The notes beneath the pieces were generated by a model. It was not told the DNA's origin. It worked only from the letters and a program-made list of their open reading frames with translations, and made no database searches. A stretch of DNA of 63,807 bases, the filler included, from Reclinomonas americana ATCC 50394 (Eukaryota): NCBI GenBank assembly GCA_048213135.1. It is 11 parts of 11 records of this genome, joined end to end, with 100 filler letters (N's around TTAATTAATTAA, not from the genome) between each part and the next. Parts side by side here need not be neighbours in the genome. Positions count along the whole stretch, not along the records: positions 47,979 to 50,401 come from AFZH01022219.1; positions 50,502 to 57,862 come from AFZH01022220.1; positions 57,963 to 60,061 come from AFZH01022221.1; positions 60,162 to 63,807 come from AFZH01022223.1; 7 more parts are not named here. One strand, given 5' to 3'. A program made the position numbers and the translations under genes. Positions within the stretch are counted from its first letter, which is position 1; every line of letters begins with the position of its first letter. Shown here piece after piece: positions 48,775-60,424 of this stretch.

Positions 48775-49382
48775 CTTCTCTCTTCTCTTTCTTTCTCTCT
48801 CTCTTGATCACACACAGTCACACAACACGCGCGGTCTCTCTTTGCTCTCTTTTTTGGTTCGCTTGGTGGAACGGGAATCGCCTCCTCTCGCAAGAAAACG
48901 CTGCTGATTTTGTGTCGGTTTTGTGATGGGACACGACGTTCACTGCTTTTGCGCGGTGGAGGCCCACTCGATGGAAAGCACGAAGCATCGGTGATGCGCT
49001 GCACCGAGAATCGACCGGCGGCACGTGCTTTTTTTTGCACTTATCCACGTGCGCCGCGAAGTATTCAATATCGATATCAACGTCGCGCGACCTGTCTTTG
49101 GCTCACCAACCCGGCGGCCTGTTGCAGCACGTGTAATGCAAGTGTAGAGGTGATGGTTGGCAATGCACCTGCACAGGGCGCGCCACCAAGGGGTGACGAC
49201 AATACAGGGCACAGTTCGAATTCGAACACAAAGCGACGACACCCGACTCCACCGCGACCACCGACACTTGCCACTTGCCTGAGTGCAATACACATGTGCA
49301 TCCACGCATGCCAGCGAGCACAGCAAAGTGCAAAGGGCGCGCATTCTGTCCAAAAGAGCACGCCACACATTACACATTCACA

Positions 49383-50401
49383 ATGAGCACAGCGGACGAC
49401 GATGACGACGACAGCCATCGAAGAGGAGGCGCCACTGTCGCCAAGGACGATGATGATGACGACGAAGGGAGCGCACTGTTGCGCGCCAGCGAGTCACTGA
49501 TGGAGGTGCCGCTGTGGTACCACGCACAGCATCCACCGCGACTGATGCAACAGAGTCGCGTGGCCGAGGGCGCCGTGTGGTCGCTCTCCTCCGATACCGA
49601 CATGCAGCGATGGCTGGTCGCTGGCTCCGACTCGGGCTTCACCGTGGTGGTCGACGTGCAGCGTGTCACCGCCGACAAGGCCGACGAGGGTGCGTGTGTG
49701 TGTGTGTGCTTGTTTGCGCATTTGGCGCGCAAAGAATCGAGCACACTGACTGAATCGTCTTCCTCTCGCCAGCGGCTGTGGTTGAGGTGCGCTCGCACAC
49801 TGGCATCGTGTCGGGCATGTCTCACGTGCCTCGATCCGACTGCTTTGTGTCGGTGAGCGCCGATGGCTCAGTCGCGGCTGTCCGTGCGTCGACGACACCG
49901 CCGACGGTGGTCTCGCTGTCGCGACAGGGCTCCGGCGCCACCGCCTTTATGAGTGTCGTGGTGTGTCCGTCGGGAAGGCATGTGGCCACGGGCGGAGGCG
50001 ACACGGTGGTGCGCGTGTATGGCCTGGAGGTGGATGAGTTGGGCGCGGAAGGGGTGGTGCCGACTGCCTCGGTTCGTCTGGGCCGACTGCTCGTCGAGCT
50101 TCGTGGGCACACAAAGGTGCGTTGTTTGTGCGCGGCCGTGCTGTCTGCTGCTCTCCACTCACCGTGTCGCAGAGCGTGGAGGGGCTGGCGTTCTCCAACA
50201 ATGGAACCATGCTGGCGTCGGTGTCGCGTGATGGATCGCTGCGCTTGTGGAATGTTGGTGAGCCGGCGACGGCGCATCGCGATGTGCTCAACAGTGAGCC
50301 GCTGTCGCGCGTGGCGTGGTCGCCCGACTCGCGCCGTGTGGCTGTCACACACTTCATCTCGGGTCCGTCGGCTGTCGTTGTGTTCGACGTGGTCACCGGC
50401 C
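49383..50401 (+). CDS. Divergent WD40-repeat protein (3' truncated), unrelated to the high-identity family
   Basis: HTGIVSGMSHV..FVSVSADGSV; SVVVCPSGRHVATGGGDTVVRVY; LRGHTK|SVEGLAFSNNGTMLASVSRDGSLRLW. Confidence 0.85.
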
Positions 50402-50501
50402 NNNNNNNNNNNNNNNNNNNNNNNNNNNNNNNNNNNNNNNNNNNNTTAATTAATTAANNNNNNNNNNNNNNNNNNNNNNNNNNNNNNNNNNNNNNNNNNN
50501 N

Positions 50502-52818
50502 CTCTTTCTTCTCTTGCCTTGGGCTGGGAGCTGACCTTGTGTGTTCAGCAACTTGCGCATCATTCGCCACATGACGCGCGAGGAGGCCGTGGAGATTCTC
50601 ACGCGTGTGGGAGCGGATAGTGGGCGTGCGCATCCGACGTTGGTGCCTGGATGCCGCGTGGAGTGCATCCGCGAAGTGGGCCCCATTCACGTCGGCGGTG
50701 TGTGCTTGTGTTGCTTTGCATGTTGTTGTCCGCAGTCGCTTACCCCCTCACGCAGACCAAGGCACGCTGTGGGATCATGACGACTCGCCGCCGACTTGGT
50801 GCGTGCTCATATCACGGCTCTCGTGTCTTATGTCATATGTTGACTTTATTTGTGCGTGCGTGCGTGCGCAGCTACGTCACGTGGGATCGACAGGATTTGC
50901 AGACCGAGGCCACGCAGCCGATTCGCGCGCAACTGGCGGGCGCTCGCGCCGCCAGCGGCTACTGGTGCAACGACGCGTGAGTAGTCGTAGTAGCAGTCGC
51001 GAGATAGATGCGCATGTTCGTTCCGCGCGGCGACTCATGTTCTGTTTTATTGCCGTAGGGATTTGCGTGTGGTTTCACCGCCGGGTGAGGGTGCCAGTGC
51101 CGCCGGTCCCGGTCGTTTCTTGGCGAGCGGCTCGTCGGCGGCCGCTCCTCGAGTACCGGTGCGGTCGGTCGGTGCCCCCAGCGGCCAGACCTACCAGCAA
51201 CTCAGCGACTACGCCGAGCACTTGCGCAACAGCACCGGCAGTCGTGTGCGAGTGGTCGTTGCGTACGGCAATGTCCAAGTCGGCGGTATGTGGTCGGCGC
51301 ACATTGTTGTTTGTCTGCTGTGCACTTGTTATTGATTGTGGTTGGCAGATATCGGCAAGCTGCAGTTTGTCGACTACTTGCCGCCGGAGGACATGATTAC
51401 GGAGGCTTACCCGCCACCATGGTTTGTGGTACTTGGCAAGCAAGGTCTATTTTCTGCGAGCTCACAATATTCCCTGAATTACAGCTACGTCACATTCGAC
51501 CGCGAGCTCAATTCAACTGCCGAGGTTCCGCCAGCGCACGACTTGTACGACGTGAATCCGCCGCGTTCACGCGGAGCGTGGGTTCCTGTGGAGTTGCGTC
51601 GCGGAATTGTTCGATATTTTTTGATGCCGTGTTTTGATGCTCACATATAAGTGCAGGTGCCTGCAAGTGGAGAACTCGAGCCGCGCCCCACCGAACTCAC
51701 CGCCGCCGCCCTCCTCATCGCGTGCGCGACCATCGCTCCCCGCCGGCGTGCAAGTGATGACCGACCGAAGCGTCCCGTGTCTCGTGTGCACCGATGCTGG
51801 CGGCTCCGTCTACCGTCTGCAGTGCACGCACGGAATACACGGCGAGTGCATTCGTGATTCCATTGGCCCTCTGGTGACTGCGGATTCGCGTCATCCACTC
51901 AAGTGCCAGCAGCGCGGATGCACCCAGGGTGAGTGGCTGCAAATGTGATTGACTTCGAATCTCCCGCCTGCCATCTCACTCACTCACTGTGTGTGTGCGC
52001 ACAGTGGTCCCGCTGGAGGTGGTGCACCATGCCGCCGTCGAGTGTGGCTTCGAGCCGGCCGCCGGACAGTACTTTGACCTGCTCAATCGCCAGTTCGTCC
52101 TGAGTGGCAAGTCCAAGACGTGCCCGCGGGTGTGTTCCACTGCTCCCCCTTGTCCATAATTTCACGGCGCACTGCTCACGTTCTTTTCGTGCTTACAGTG
52201 CCGTGCGTCCATCATGCCCGAGGATCCGAACCTGCGTCAGGTCACCTGCGCTCTCTGCAGCACTCGGTGAGCATGAACTGCCACCACCTTTTACTCTTGC
52301 CGTCGGTGACCTGACTCACGCGCTCTGCATCACAGTTTCTGCATGCGCTGCCAGGGCCAGTGGCGCGATCCTGCCAACCAACAGTGGTGCGGCAACGACC
52401 AGTGTGACTCGGTCGGTCCCAACTCTCTGCTGCGCACGTGCGCCATGAAAGAGGTCGCGTACACGACTGGCCAATGTCCGAGCATGCGTGCGTGCCCCTC
52501 GTGTCACTACGTGCAAGGTGTGTGGCACGACAGAGGACAGGTTTTTTGGATTGTGCGCCCCCCAAGTGACTCACTCCTGTCGCTGCAGAACACTCTACGG
52601 CCTGCAAGCACATGGCGTGTCAGCAGTGCGGCGTCAATTACTGCTTCCGCTGTCTACGCCCGCAGCGCAACGGCGCATGGCAGTTTCGTTGATAAGAACC
52701 CTTGCTGTTCATCTTCCGTCCACTCCTTTTTTGCTGATCTTCTTCCTCTCGCGCCAACAGGTGTGGCTCCTTCCAAGATTCGTGCCCTGTCGCACCTCGG
52801 CAAACCGTTCCTGAATAA
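50502..52818 (+). CDS. RBR E3 ubiquitin ligase with catalytic Cys retained and an uncharacterised N-terminal region (5' truncated)
   Basis: CLVC..CTHGIHGEC..CQQRGC; CPR|CRAS..CALC..FCMRC; spliced CPSCHYVQEHSTACKHMACQQCGVNYCFRC..APRQTVPE*. Confidence 0.85.
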
Positions 52819-53189
52819 GCGAGCACCGTCTTTGCACTCGCGCCGGTGCTGCGTCGCTCCACAAGATTTCTTGTTTCCTTTTGTCAGTCCTTCTCGTTGT
52901 TTGATATCCATCCTCCCAAAATACACGCGTGCATCGTGTCAGTCAGCCTCCAAACTCTGCCGACTGCTTTACTTTTTGTTGTCGGCATCTGGCCGTCTGT
53001 CAATCTCACTGATAATAGAAATCACCGCCCATTGCCCCGTATCGCCCGCGCCCAATGCCAGCCGCGCGACCTCGATCGTACACCTGCGCAGAAAATATGA
53101 GCACACATACACGCATACAAGAGAGGGCACCACAAGCAGATGTAACGTCATAGAAACGCTGCGTAGCACAAGGTCAGTCGCACAGTCAA

Positions 53190-54604
53190 TCAAACCCAAG
53201 CATTCGCATCGCACGCAACATCGTCATCGTCGTCGTGTCGCCGCCTGCCTCCTCCCCCTCCACCCATGTACCCTGTGCGCCAATAATCGCCGCGTCGCGG
53301 GGCGGAGACACAAGATTCGCTGCCGCACCAGTTGACACCATCGCGGCGGCGCCAGCGCGATCCACATCGGAAGCAGAAGTCGGTGTTGCAGAGACCGCAG
53401 TGACCGCGATTCGCGCCGCGAATGTCGCTCATGCAGAAACTCGAGCACTGCTTTCACGTCAGGGAGGGGGAGGAGAGAGAAAAAAAGACAGAGAGAGACA
53501 GAAACAGAACCTGCGGGCACGCCACAATGTGCGACTGGTCAGCCCACGTCTGGTTCAACATGGCCTCGTACTCCTGCAGCAGCGCCCCTTCGCCCGCTCG
53601 CAGCAGCGCATGCTGCACGGCGACCAGCGACACGGCTGCGCAGAAACAACAACACCGTGAGACGAAAAAAACAATCGAACCAAACAGACAGCGCAGAACG
53701 ACGCACGAATATCACACGAGCGATCGCCACACTTGAGCTGCTCCGGGTGCGCCGCGTCCCTGTTGCTGACCACCAACGCCTGCACCTTGCCCAACAAGCA
53801 GTGCGCATGGACCTCATGCTGACACGGCAGGCGGTAGCGCGGCTCATCGAGCGCCAAATCCTTGCAAATGCGACACTGGCCGCTCTTTCCACGGTCAAGG
53901 AACTGCACACCGCTGTCGCCAAGCACCGGCAGCTCGCTCTCCGGCACCGACTGCCCAGGCCCACGACGCACCTGCGCGCATGCATGGCCACAGTAAGCGT
54001 GCGCGCGCGACAAGCCAAGTCGAGCGGACAGTACCTCTCCCGGCGGAGGAGGCGGAGGCTGTGCAGGACCTGCCTCGCCGCCCTCTGGTCGCACAGGAGC
54101 CGCACGAGGCACAGCGACTACAACAGGACCCTGCGGCTGTGCCTGCACAGGAGGCTGAGGCTGCGCAGGCTGAGAAGGCTGAGGAGGAGGAGGAGGCGAC
54201 GGATCGACGCCTGCTGGACCGGCCCCCGAGGCCTCCACAATGCCGAGTCGCACGGCCTCCCATTGCACGCGCTTCAGCTGCACTATAAGATCAATCAGCG
54301 GCTGGTTCACCTCAAAAACGCCATCGACTGCGGCCTGCACTCGCGCGCTGCTGCCTCTGCACAGAGGACACGTGCTCTCCGCGGTCAGCGACTGTGAGCA
54401 TTGACGACACCTGTGTGCGCACACAGAGTAGTGTCAGTGAACAGGCACAGGCAGAGAGACAGACAGACAGAGAGAAAGACACAACATGCAGTGTCCCTGT
54501 CCACAGCGGAGAAACACGGGCATTTCCGACTCTTGCTCGTCGCTGTAGTTCTGGAAGCACACAGGGCACTGTGCAAGGTTCAGCGCCTCCTCCAATACGT
54601 TCAT
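53190..54604 (-). CDS. RING + RING1-IBR protein lacking RING2 (truncated RBR-like)
   Basis: CPVCFQNY..CGQGH..CRQC..CPLC..NQPLIDL; P/Q linker; CRIC..CQHEVHAHC..CGDRSC; CPQ|CSSFC..CGLCNTDFCFRC; ends in G/D-rich tail. Confidence 0.8.
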
Positions 54605-54745
54605 TGTGCGCGTGTGTGTGTATGTAAAGAGCCTTGCTGTCAGAGACACAACAAGTGAGGGTGAGAAGCGCTAGCTCGGAATATTGCGTGTCCCGTCCGC
54701 AGGCCTTATCGTCCGCTCACTCACTCTCTCACTCACACACACACA

Positions 54746-56998
54746 ATGGGCCAGCCCGGTCGATATGCAGTGACTGGGCTTGGTGAGAAGGGATCACGGA
54801 ACGCCGTATTCACTGGGAGCACTCTGAATCCCGCTGCGCGAGTGATGCCGCCTTCACACAACAATCGCCAAGTGCAAGTGGTGCCACGTCGCGATCGGCC
54901 GCTGCAAGAGTCGCGGACGACGGGGCAGCCACGTAGAATGGCTCCGCCACCGCCTGTCGCCGATATAGCGATGCGACCGCCGAGCAGGCCGGCACCGCCG
55001 CCACCGCCTCCGCCAGCGAAACAGGCGTTTATTCCACCGGCGATGGATGTAACGCGACGAGCATTGTCGCCTTCAACAATGACGAATCGAGCGTCGCAGT
55101 CGGTGTCGAGTGCGGCGGCGGAGGCGGGGACTCCACTGGCCCAGGCGGCGTCGCCTCCGTCGCAGCCGCAGCAGCCGCAGCAATCGCGGTTCGGATCATC
55201 GCCGCCACTGTCGGCAAAGGAGCAGCCGTCGAAACAGTATCCGCCTCAGGTTCGGCAGCCCTATCAACAACCGCAGCTGGAACCGCAGCAAGGTCTGCGG
55301 CAGCGACAGTCGCCGCCACCGTTGCGACCGCAGCTCCCGTCGCCGCATCAGTCGCCACCGCCACAGCGATCACAGTCACAACATCCAGCACCTCCACCGC
55401 AGCAGCAGTCGCCGCCATCGTCGCGACCGCCATCGCGATCGTACCACCACAACTCGCCCCCGCAGCAGCAGCCGCAGCAGCAGCAGTACAATCGCTCGCC
55501 ACCGCCGCAGGAGCAGCACCGCCCGCTGCCACCCTCGCGACCGCCGTCAAGCAGCACGAATGGTCATTCGCCGCCTTTGCGCCACGTGCTGCAGCGCGCG
55601 TCGGCGTCCGTGTTGCAAGAGGAGAAGCGACACGATGGCGTGGCGCTTGCCAAGGCGTACTCGACCACCACCACAACAACAACGACGGCTGCCACATCTG
55701 CGCCGCTGTCGCCGCCGATGCGGGCGCCGCCACCTCCGCCACTTCCCGATCGCGATGGCGATGGAACGGCAACTGCGGCGCCCCGGCGGCCTCCTCGTCG
55801 AGGAGGGAGGTATCTCGGCCTGCCAAACCTCGGCATGACGTGCTTCATGAACAGCATCCTCCAGTGCCTCCGATTTTGTGCTCCGTTCCGCAAGTCACTT
55901 GAGGCGCACTGTGGCAATCTTGGACTGAAGTCAGCGCGGGGCCTCGCTGTGCTGCATCAACTGTTCACGCAGATTGATGACGGAGATCCCGTGGACCATT
56001 TGCTCGAGGTGAGACACATGCTCGAGGCCGGGGCAGTGGGGATCGAGTGTGCCTTTGTCTCACCAGCCGCTGCGCAGAAATTTATGAAGGATATCAACTT
56101 TCGGCCCGGAAGGCAGGATGATCCCGGGGTACGGCACTTGTAGTGGTACATGGTATGCACTCACAAATACACTCATGATGCTTGTTTTCTGCAGTATTTT
56201 ATCATGAACCACATCATTCCGAGCGCCGAAGGTACTGCACTCATCCCCTGCGTGACACCACCCCACCCCCGTTTACTCACCACCGTCCGTGTGCGTAAAG
56301 AGTTCAAGCAAATCGAGGCCATGTCCGTGTTCTCTGGCGTCATGGGCTTCAAGAATCAATGTCTGGTGTGCCAGGGATCGCGCACGACAGAAGACGACAC
56401 ATTCTACGAGTATGTGGTGGAGTTGAGTGAGCTGTCGGGCGACATGTCGGCGCGGTGGGAGCCTCGCGACGTGCCAAACGGCATGCTCTGCCGCAATCCC
56501 AAGTGCGCAGCCACTGGAACACGGGTTTGCGCTGTTTTTCTTCCCCCGAAAGCCCTCTGTTGTCTTACTCCTCCTGCGTGGCAGGTCACGTGCCGCGAAA
56601 CAAGCTACATGGCTCGCGTACCGGCGGTGCTCATGATGCGCATTGTGTTTGAGGAGTACGGCACACTGCCGGTTGGTGGCTGGCGGCTGCCGATGAAGCT
56701 GCCGCTGCTGACGCGCCGCAGTGCCGAGTCGGAAGAACTCGAGATGATGACACTGCGTCTCACCGCCGTAGCGGTGCACTTTGGTACGATGCGCGGCGGG
56801 CACTACATTGCCCAAGTACTGGTACTCGAGTCGATTCTTTGTCGTCGCCGAGGTGGCAAAACAACTGATGTGCTTGCACAGGTCGACTCGAGCTCGGGCG
56901 AGTGGTGGGAATTCTCCGATTCACATGCCACCGCCATGGGCGGTCCTCCGTCCACCGGCCAGCGCGGTCGCCCCATTCTCGCCTTGTACTCCACGTGA
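54746..56998 (+). CDS. Ubiquitin-specific protease (peptidase C19) with Pro/Gln-rich N-terminus
   Basis: Cys box GLPNLGMTCFMNSILQCL; QDDP; His box VAVHFGTMRGGHYIA; WWEFSDS; PILALY. Confidence 0.92.
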
Positions 56999-57220
56999 GA
57001 CCGAATGCAGTCCACTCGTTTGCATTTCAATTTGCAAGGGTTCCAACCAAACATGACAAAGGAAAAAGGCCATGCTGTTCCTTCGCCCGCCCATACACAT
57101 ACGCACTCTCGATCCAAACTACTCAGACTCTCGTTCAGCATGTGCCACTTCTGGCTATCGTCCGACGCCATTGCCGGCTCTCTTCGTCGTCCTGTCACTC
57201 AATCGCACACACACTCCTCA

Positions 57221-58700
57221 ATGGAAGCCGCCATGGACCCGTGCACTCTCCGCGACAAGGAGGGCGACTATGAAGAAGATGCCGCCCTCATGGCGCTGCA
57301 CGAGGTCGGCAGCTTCGCCTCGGGTGTCGCACGCACCGTGGTGGAGAAGTGTCTGGACGCGATCTCCAGTGTGGGTTCCATTGTCAGTCGCGCGATTGGC
57401 AAGTCGCCGGCGGCCTCGCCAAAGTACCGCAGTCGCGGCAATGTTGATGATGAGGATGATGATGATGAGGGATGGGAGGAGGTGCCTCCCGAGGACTCGC
57501 TGCTGCCTGTGGACGGCGGCAATAAGCAGAGGAAGCGTGTCGCGTTTGAGGATGAGGAGCAGCTTCCGTTGACAGAGTATGAGCAGGCGGTTGCCCTTGT
57601 TCAGCAGAAGTCGTTCTCTGGTGCGTTGACTCTCTTTTGGCGTCAGGGTGATCAACACGAGTGCTCATGTTTTCGCGCAGCAGATCCGTACTACGAGGAC
57701 GGCATGTCGTACTGGAAGAGGCGGTACCCGGATGCACCCAATGGGCTCACCAACATTGGGTTCGTTCGAGTGGAACGTCTGTGCCGTGTGAGAACGGCGA
57801 GCGGGCTGACTCGTATTGTTGCAGCAACACATGTTTCCTCAACTCATTGCTGGAGTGCCTGCNNNNNNNNNNNNNNNNNNNNNNNNNNNNNNNNNNNNNN
57901 NNNNNNTTAATTAATTAANNNNNNNNNNNNNNNNNNNNNNNNNNNNNNNNNNNNNNNNNNNNTGGACATTACACGGCGTACGCCATGGTTTGAGGCATTT
58001 TTTGGGGGGGTGGTGGAGGAGGATGACTGACCATGATACGCGCAGACGGAGAAGCTGCAGTGGTTCCACTTTGATGACTCGTTCGTCACGCCCGTCTCCA
58101 ACAGCGAGATAAGTGACCTTGTGGCCGGTGGCATCAGCGGAACCAAGAAGCCGATTCTCGCCTTTTACCGCGTGCTCCCGCGCGATGACGACATTGCGTA
58201 CACGCAGCCGGGGTCGACCAGCAAGAACTCGCCGCCTCCAAAGGCCGCAGACAATGAGGTGGACGAGTACGGTGATCCGGAAGTTGGCGTCATTGACGAC
58301 GTGCCGGAGACGCCAACCGTGTACAGCACTATCATTGTCAGCTCGATTCTCTCGTCGGCACTCGACTCCGTGACCACCATGCCGGTGGTGGCCACTGTTT
58401 GTGTGGCTGCCACGGCGGCGGCGGTGGCTGCGGAAGAGGAGGATGGGGGACGACGAGGAGGAGGAGGAGGAGGGCGAGGAGGAGGAGGAGGGAGAACAAG
58501 GAGGAGCAGGAAAGGGAGGAGCGGAAGGGGAGGAACGGGCACAGGAAGAAGCAGAACGGGAACAAGGAGCGGAAGAGAATGAGATAGTGGAGGAAGAGGA
58601 GGAAGGTGGAGAGGAGGAAGCGACGCCGGTGCACCAAACAGTGATTGTGCATGTTGCGGATAGCTCGCCTGCGTCACCTGAGGGGCAGGAGGATCGGTAG
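57221..58700 (+). CDS. Ubiquitin-specific protease, middle lost in gap, acidic C-terminus
   Basis: GLTNIG|NTCFLNSLLECL before the spacer; GHYTAY..WFHFDDS..PILAFY after it. Confidence 0.85.
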
Positions 58701-59033
58701 GATTAGTGGGTGGGAGGCATGCTGCATGTGAGGTTGAGCTGAGAATATACAGACGGTTCGTTGTGGAGGACGAGAGTGCTCTTAAGACGACTCACTCTTA
58801 ATGCATTGAGAACCGACTGAGAACCGGTTCCACTCCGCGTGTCCTGCTTGCTTCGAATTGCCAGTCACGCTTCAGCATCCTTCGTCGCCGTGATTGATTA
58901 GCTTGGGTTTCATCATCGTTCTCATGTACTCACTCTTATCTTTTCGTCAGGTGAGAGAGCGTGCAATGGTCTTGGTGTCAGCGTTATCATGATACACGCT
59001 GTTGTCAAACTACATGTGTGTATGTTCTCGCAG

Positions 59034-60061
59034 ATGGCCGTGCGTCTCGTGGCAGTAACCGCTGTGCTCCTCCTGCTGTCCGTCACCAGACATGAGGTGC
59101 ATGCACACTCGACGGCAGCGGCGGGTTCGGTTTCGTCATCATCATCACTTGATGCGAACACGGTGCCAGCCGCGGTGACGTATCCCTACTGCTGCATGGA
59201 CCCCGCCAACACCAGCAGGCCACTCCTCTATGGTCAGCTGTGTTCCGGAACGCCTTCCTGTGGGTCGGGGAGCCAGACACCGCAAGTGATCAATGGCAAG
59301 TCTGTGATGACGTGCAAGAATGCTGTATGCAACTGTGTTGGAGGCTCCTGGTCCACTGACACGAGTACGCTATGCGCCAACCCAACTCCTGCGACATATT
59401 TCTGCGATCAATTCAGCAACAACCCGAAGACATCCTACGCTTGGGTGTCTTGCACGGACAATTCGATTCCGGTGCCTGGTATGATCGGAGCCACACCTAT
59501 CTCGTTTTGTCGGCGCTCGTCTCTTGCGTTCTGGGGTGCATACACCGACTACAGTTATGTGAACTCGAGCACTTGCAACGGCAGTCCGTGCATTCCGCCG
59601 TGTGCGAATGGCGGAATATGCAGTACAGTCACCGGCTTGTGCGAGTGCAAGGCACCGTGGTCTGGCTCCGCATGTACCTGCAACTGCAAGAACGGTGGTA
59701 CTTGCAACGGAGCGTCAGGTACATGTAGCTGTCCGTCCGGCACTGGTTGGGGTGGGGACGACTGCGGAACCTGCGTGTGCTCGAACGGCGGCTCGTGCAC
59801 CGCCAGTGGACCATGCAATTGCAGTGGTCCGTGGAGTGGCACTTCCTGCGACAAGTGCGTTTGTGAAAACGGTGGCGTGTGCGTTGGTGGCAACACGTGT
59901 CAGTGCAAGGGTTCGTGGACGGGTCCTCTGTGTAACTTGTGCCTGCAATGTGCAAACGGAGGCAAGTGCAACAGTCAGGGCGGTTGCGATTGTGTTGGCC
60001 AGTGGAGTGGTGCCGATTGCACCACGTGCAACTGCAAAAACGGGGGCACATGTGCTGCAAG
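59034..60061 (+). CDS. Secreted Cys-rich protein with tandem compact EGF-like repeats (3' truncated)
   Basis: Signal peptide MAVRLVAVTAVLLLLSV; repeats CxCxNGGxC...CxCxGxWSGxxC (>=5). Confidence 0.88.
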
Positions 60062-60424
60062 NNNNNNNNNNNNNNNNNNNNNNNNNNNNNNNNNNNNNNN
60101 NNNNNTTAATTAATTAANNNNNNNNNNNNNNNNNNNNNNNNNNNNNNNNNNNNNNNNNNNNTGCGAGCGGCAGACACGGGTCAGAGAGAGACTTCCTGGC
60201 ATGCAATTGCGCATGCAATCTCTCGCGCGCGCTGCAGCTGCGCGCGCGCTGCGAGCTCATGCTCTTGATCACGATCATGGTCAACTGCAAGCGCGCGCAG
60301 CGACGACGATCACTGCGTGTGGCTGTGCAAACCGAGTCGCCAATACAGCAGACGAGATGATCAAGCGGGACGCACATGGATCGCGGAAATTTCGGCGCTG
60401 TCAATCTTCCGTCGCACACACACA

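Noticed and set aside
55029..55838. Ala-rich minus ORF and Arg-rich alternative + ORF
   Set aside because: Alternative frames of the GC-rich Pro/Gln-coding USP N-terminus
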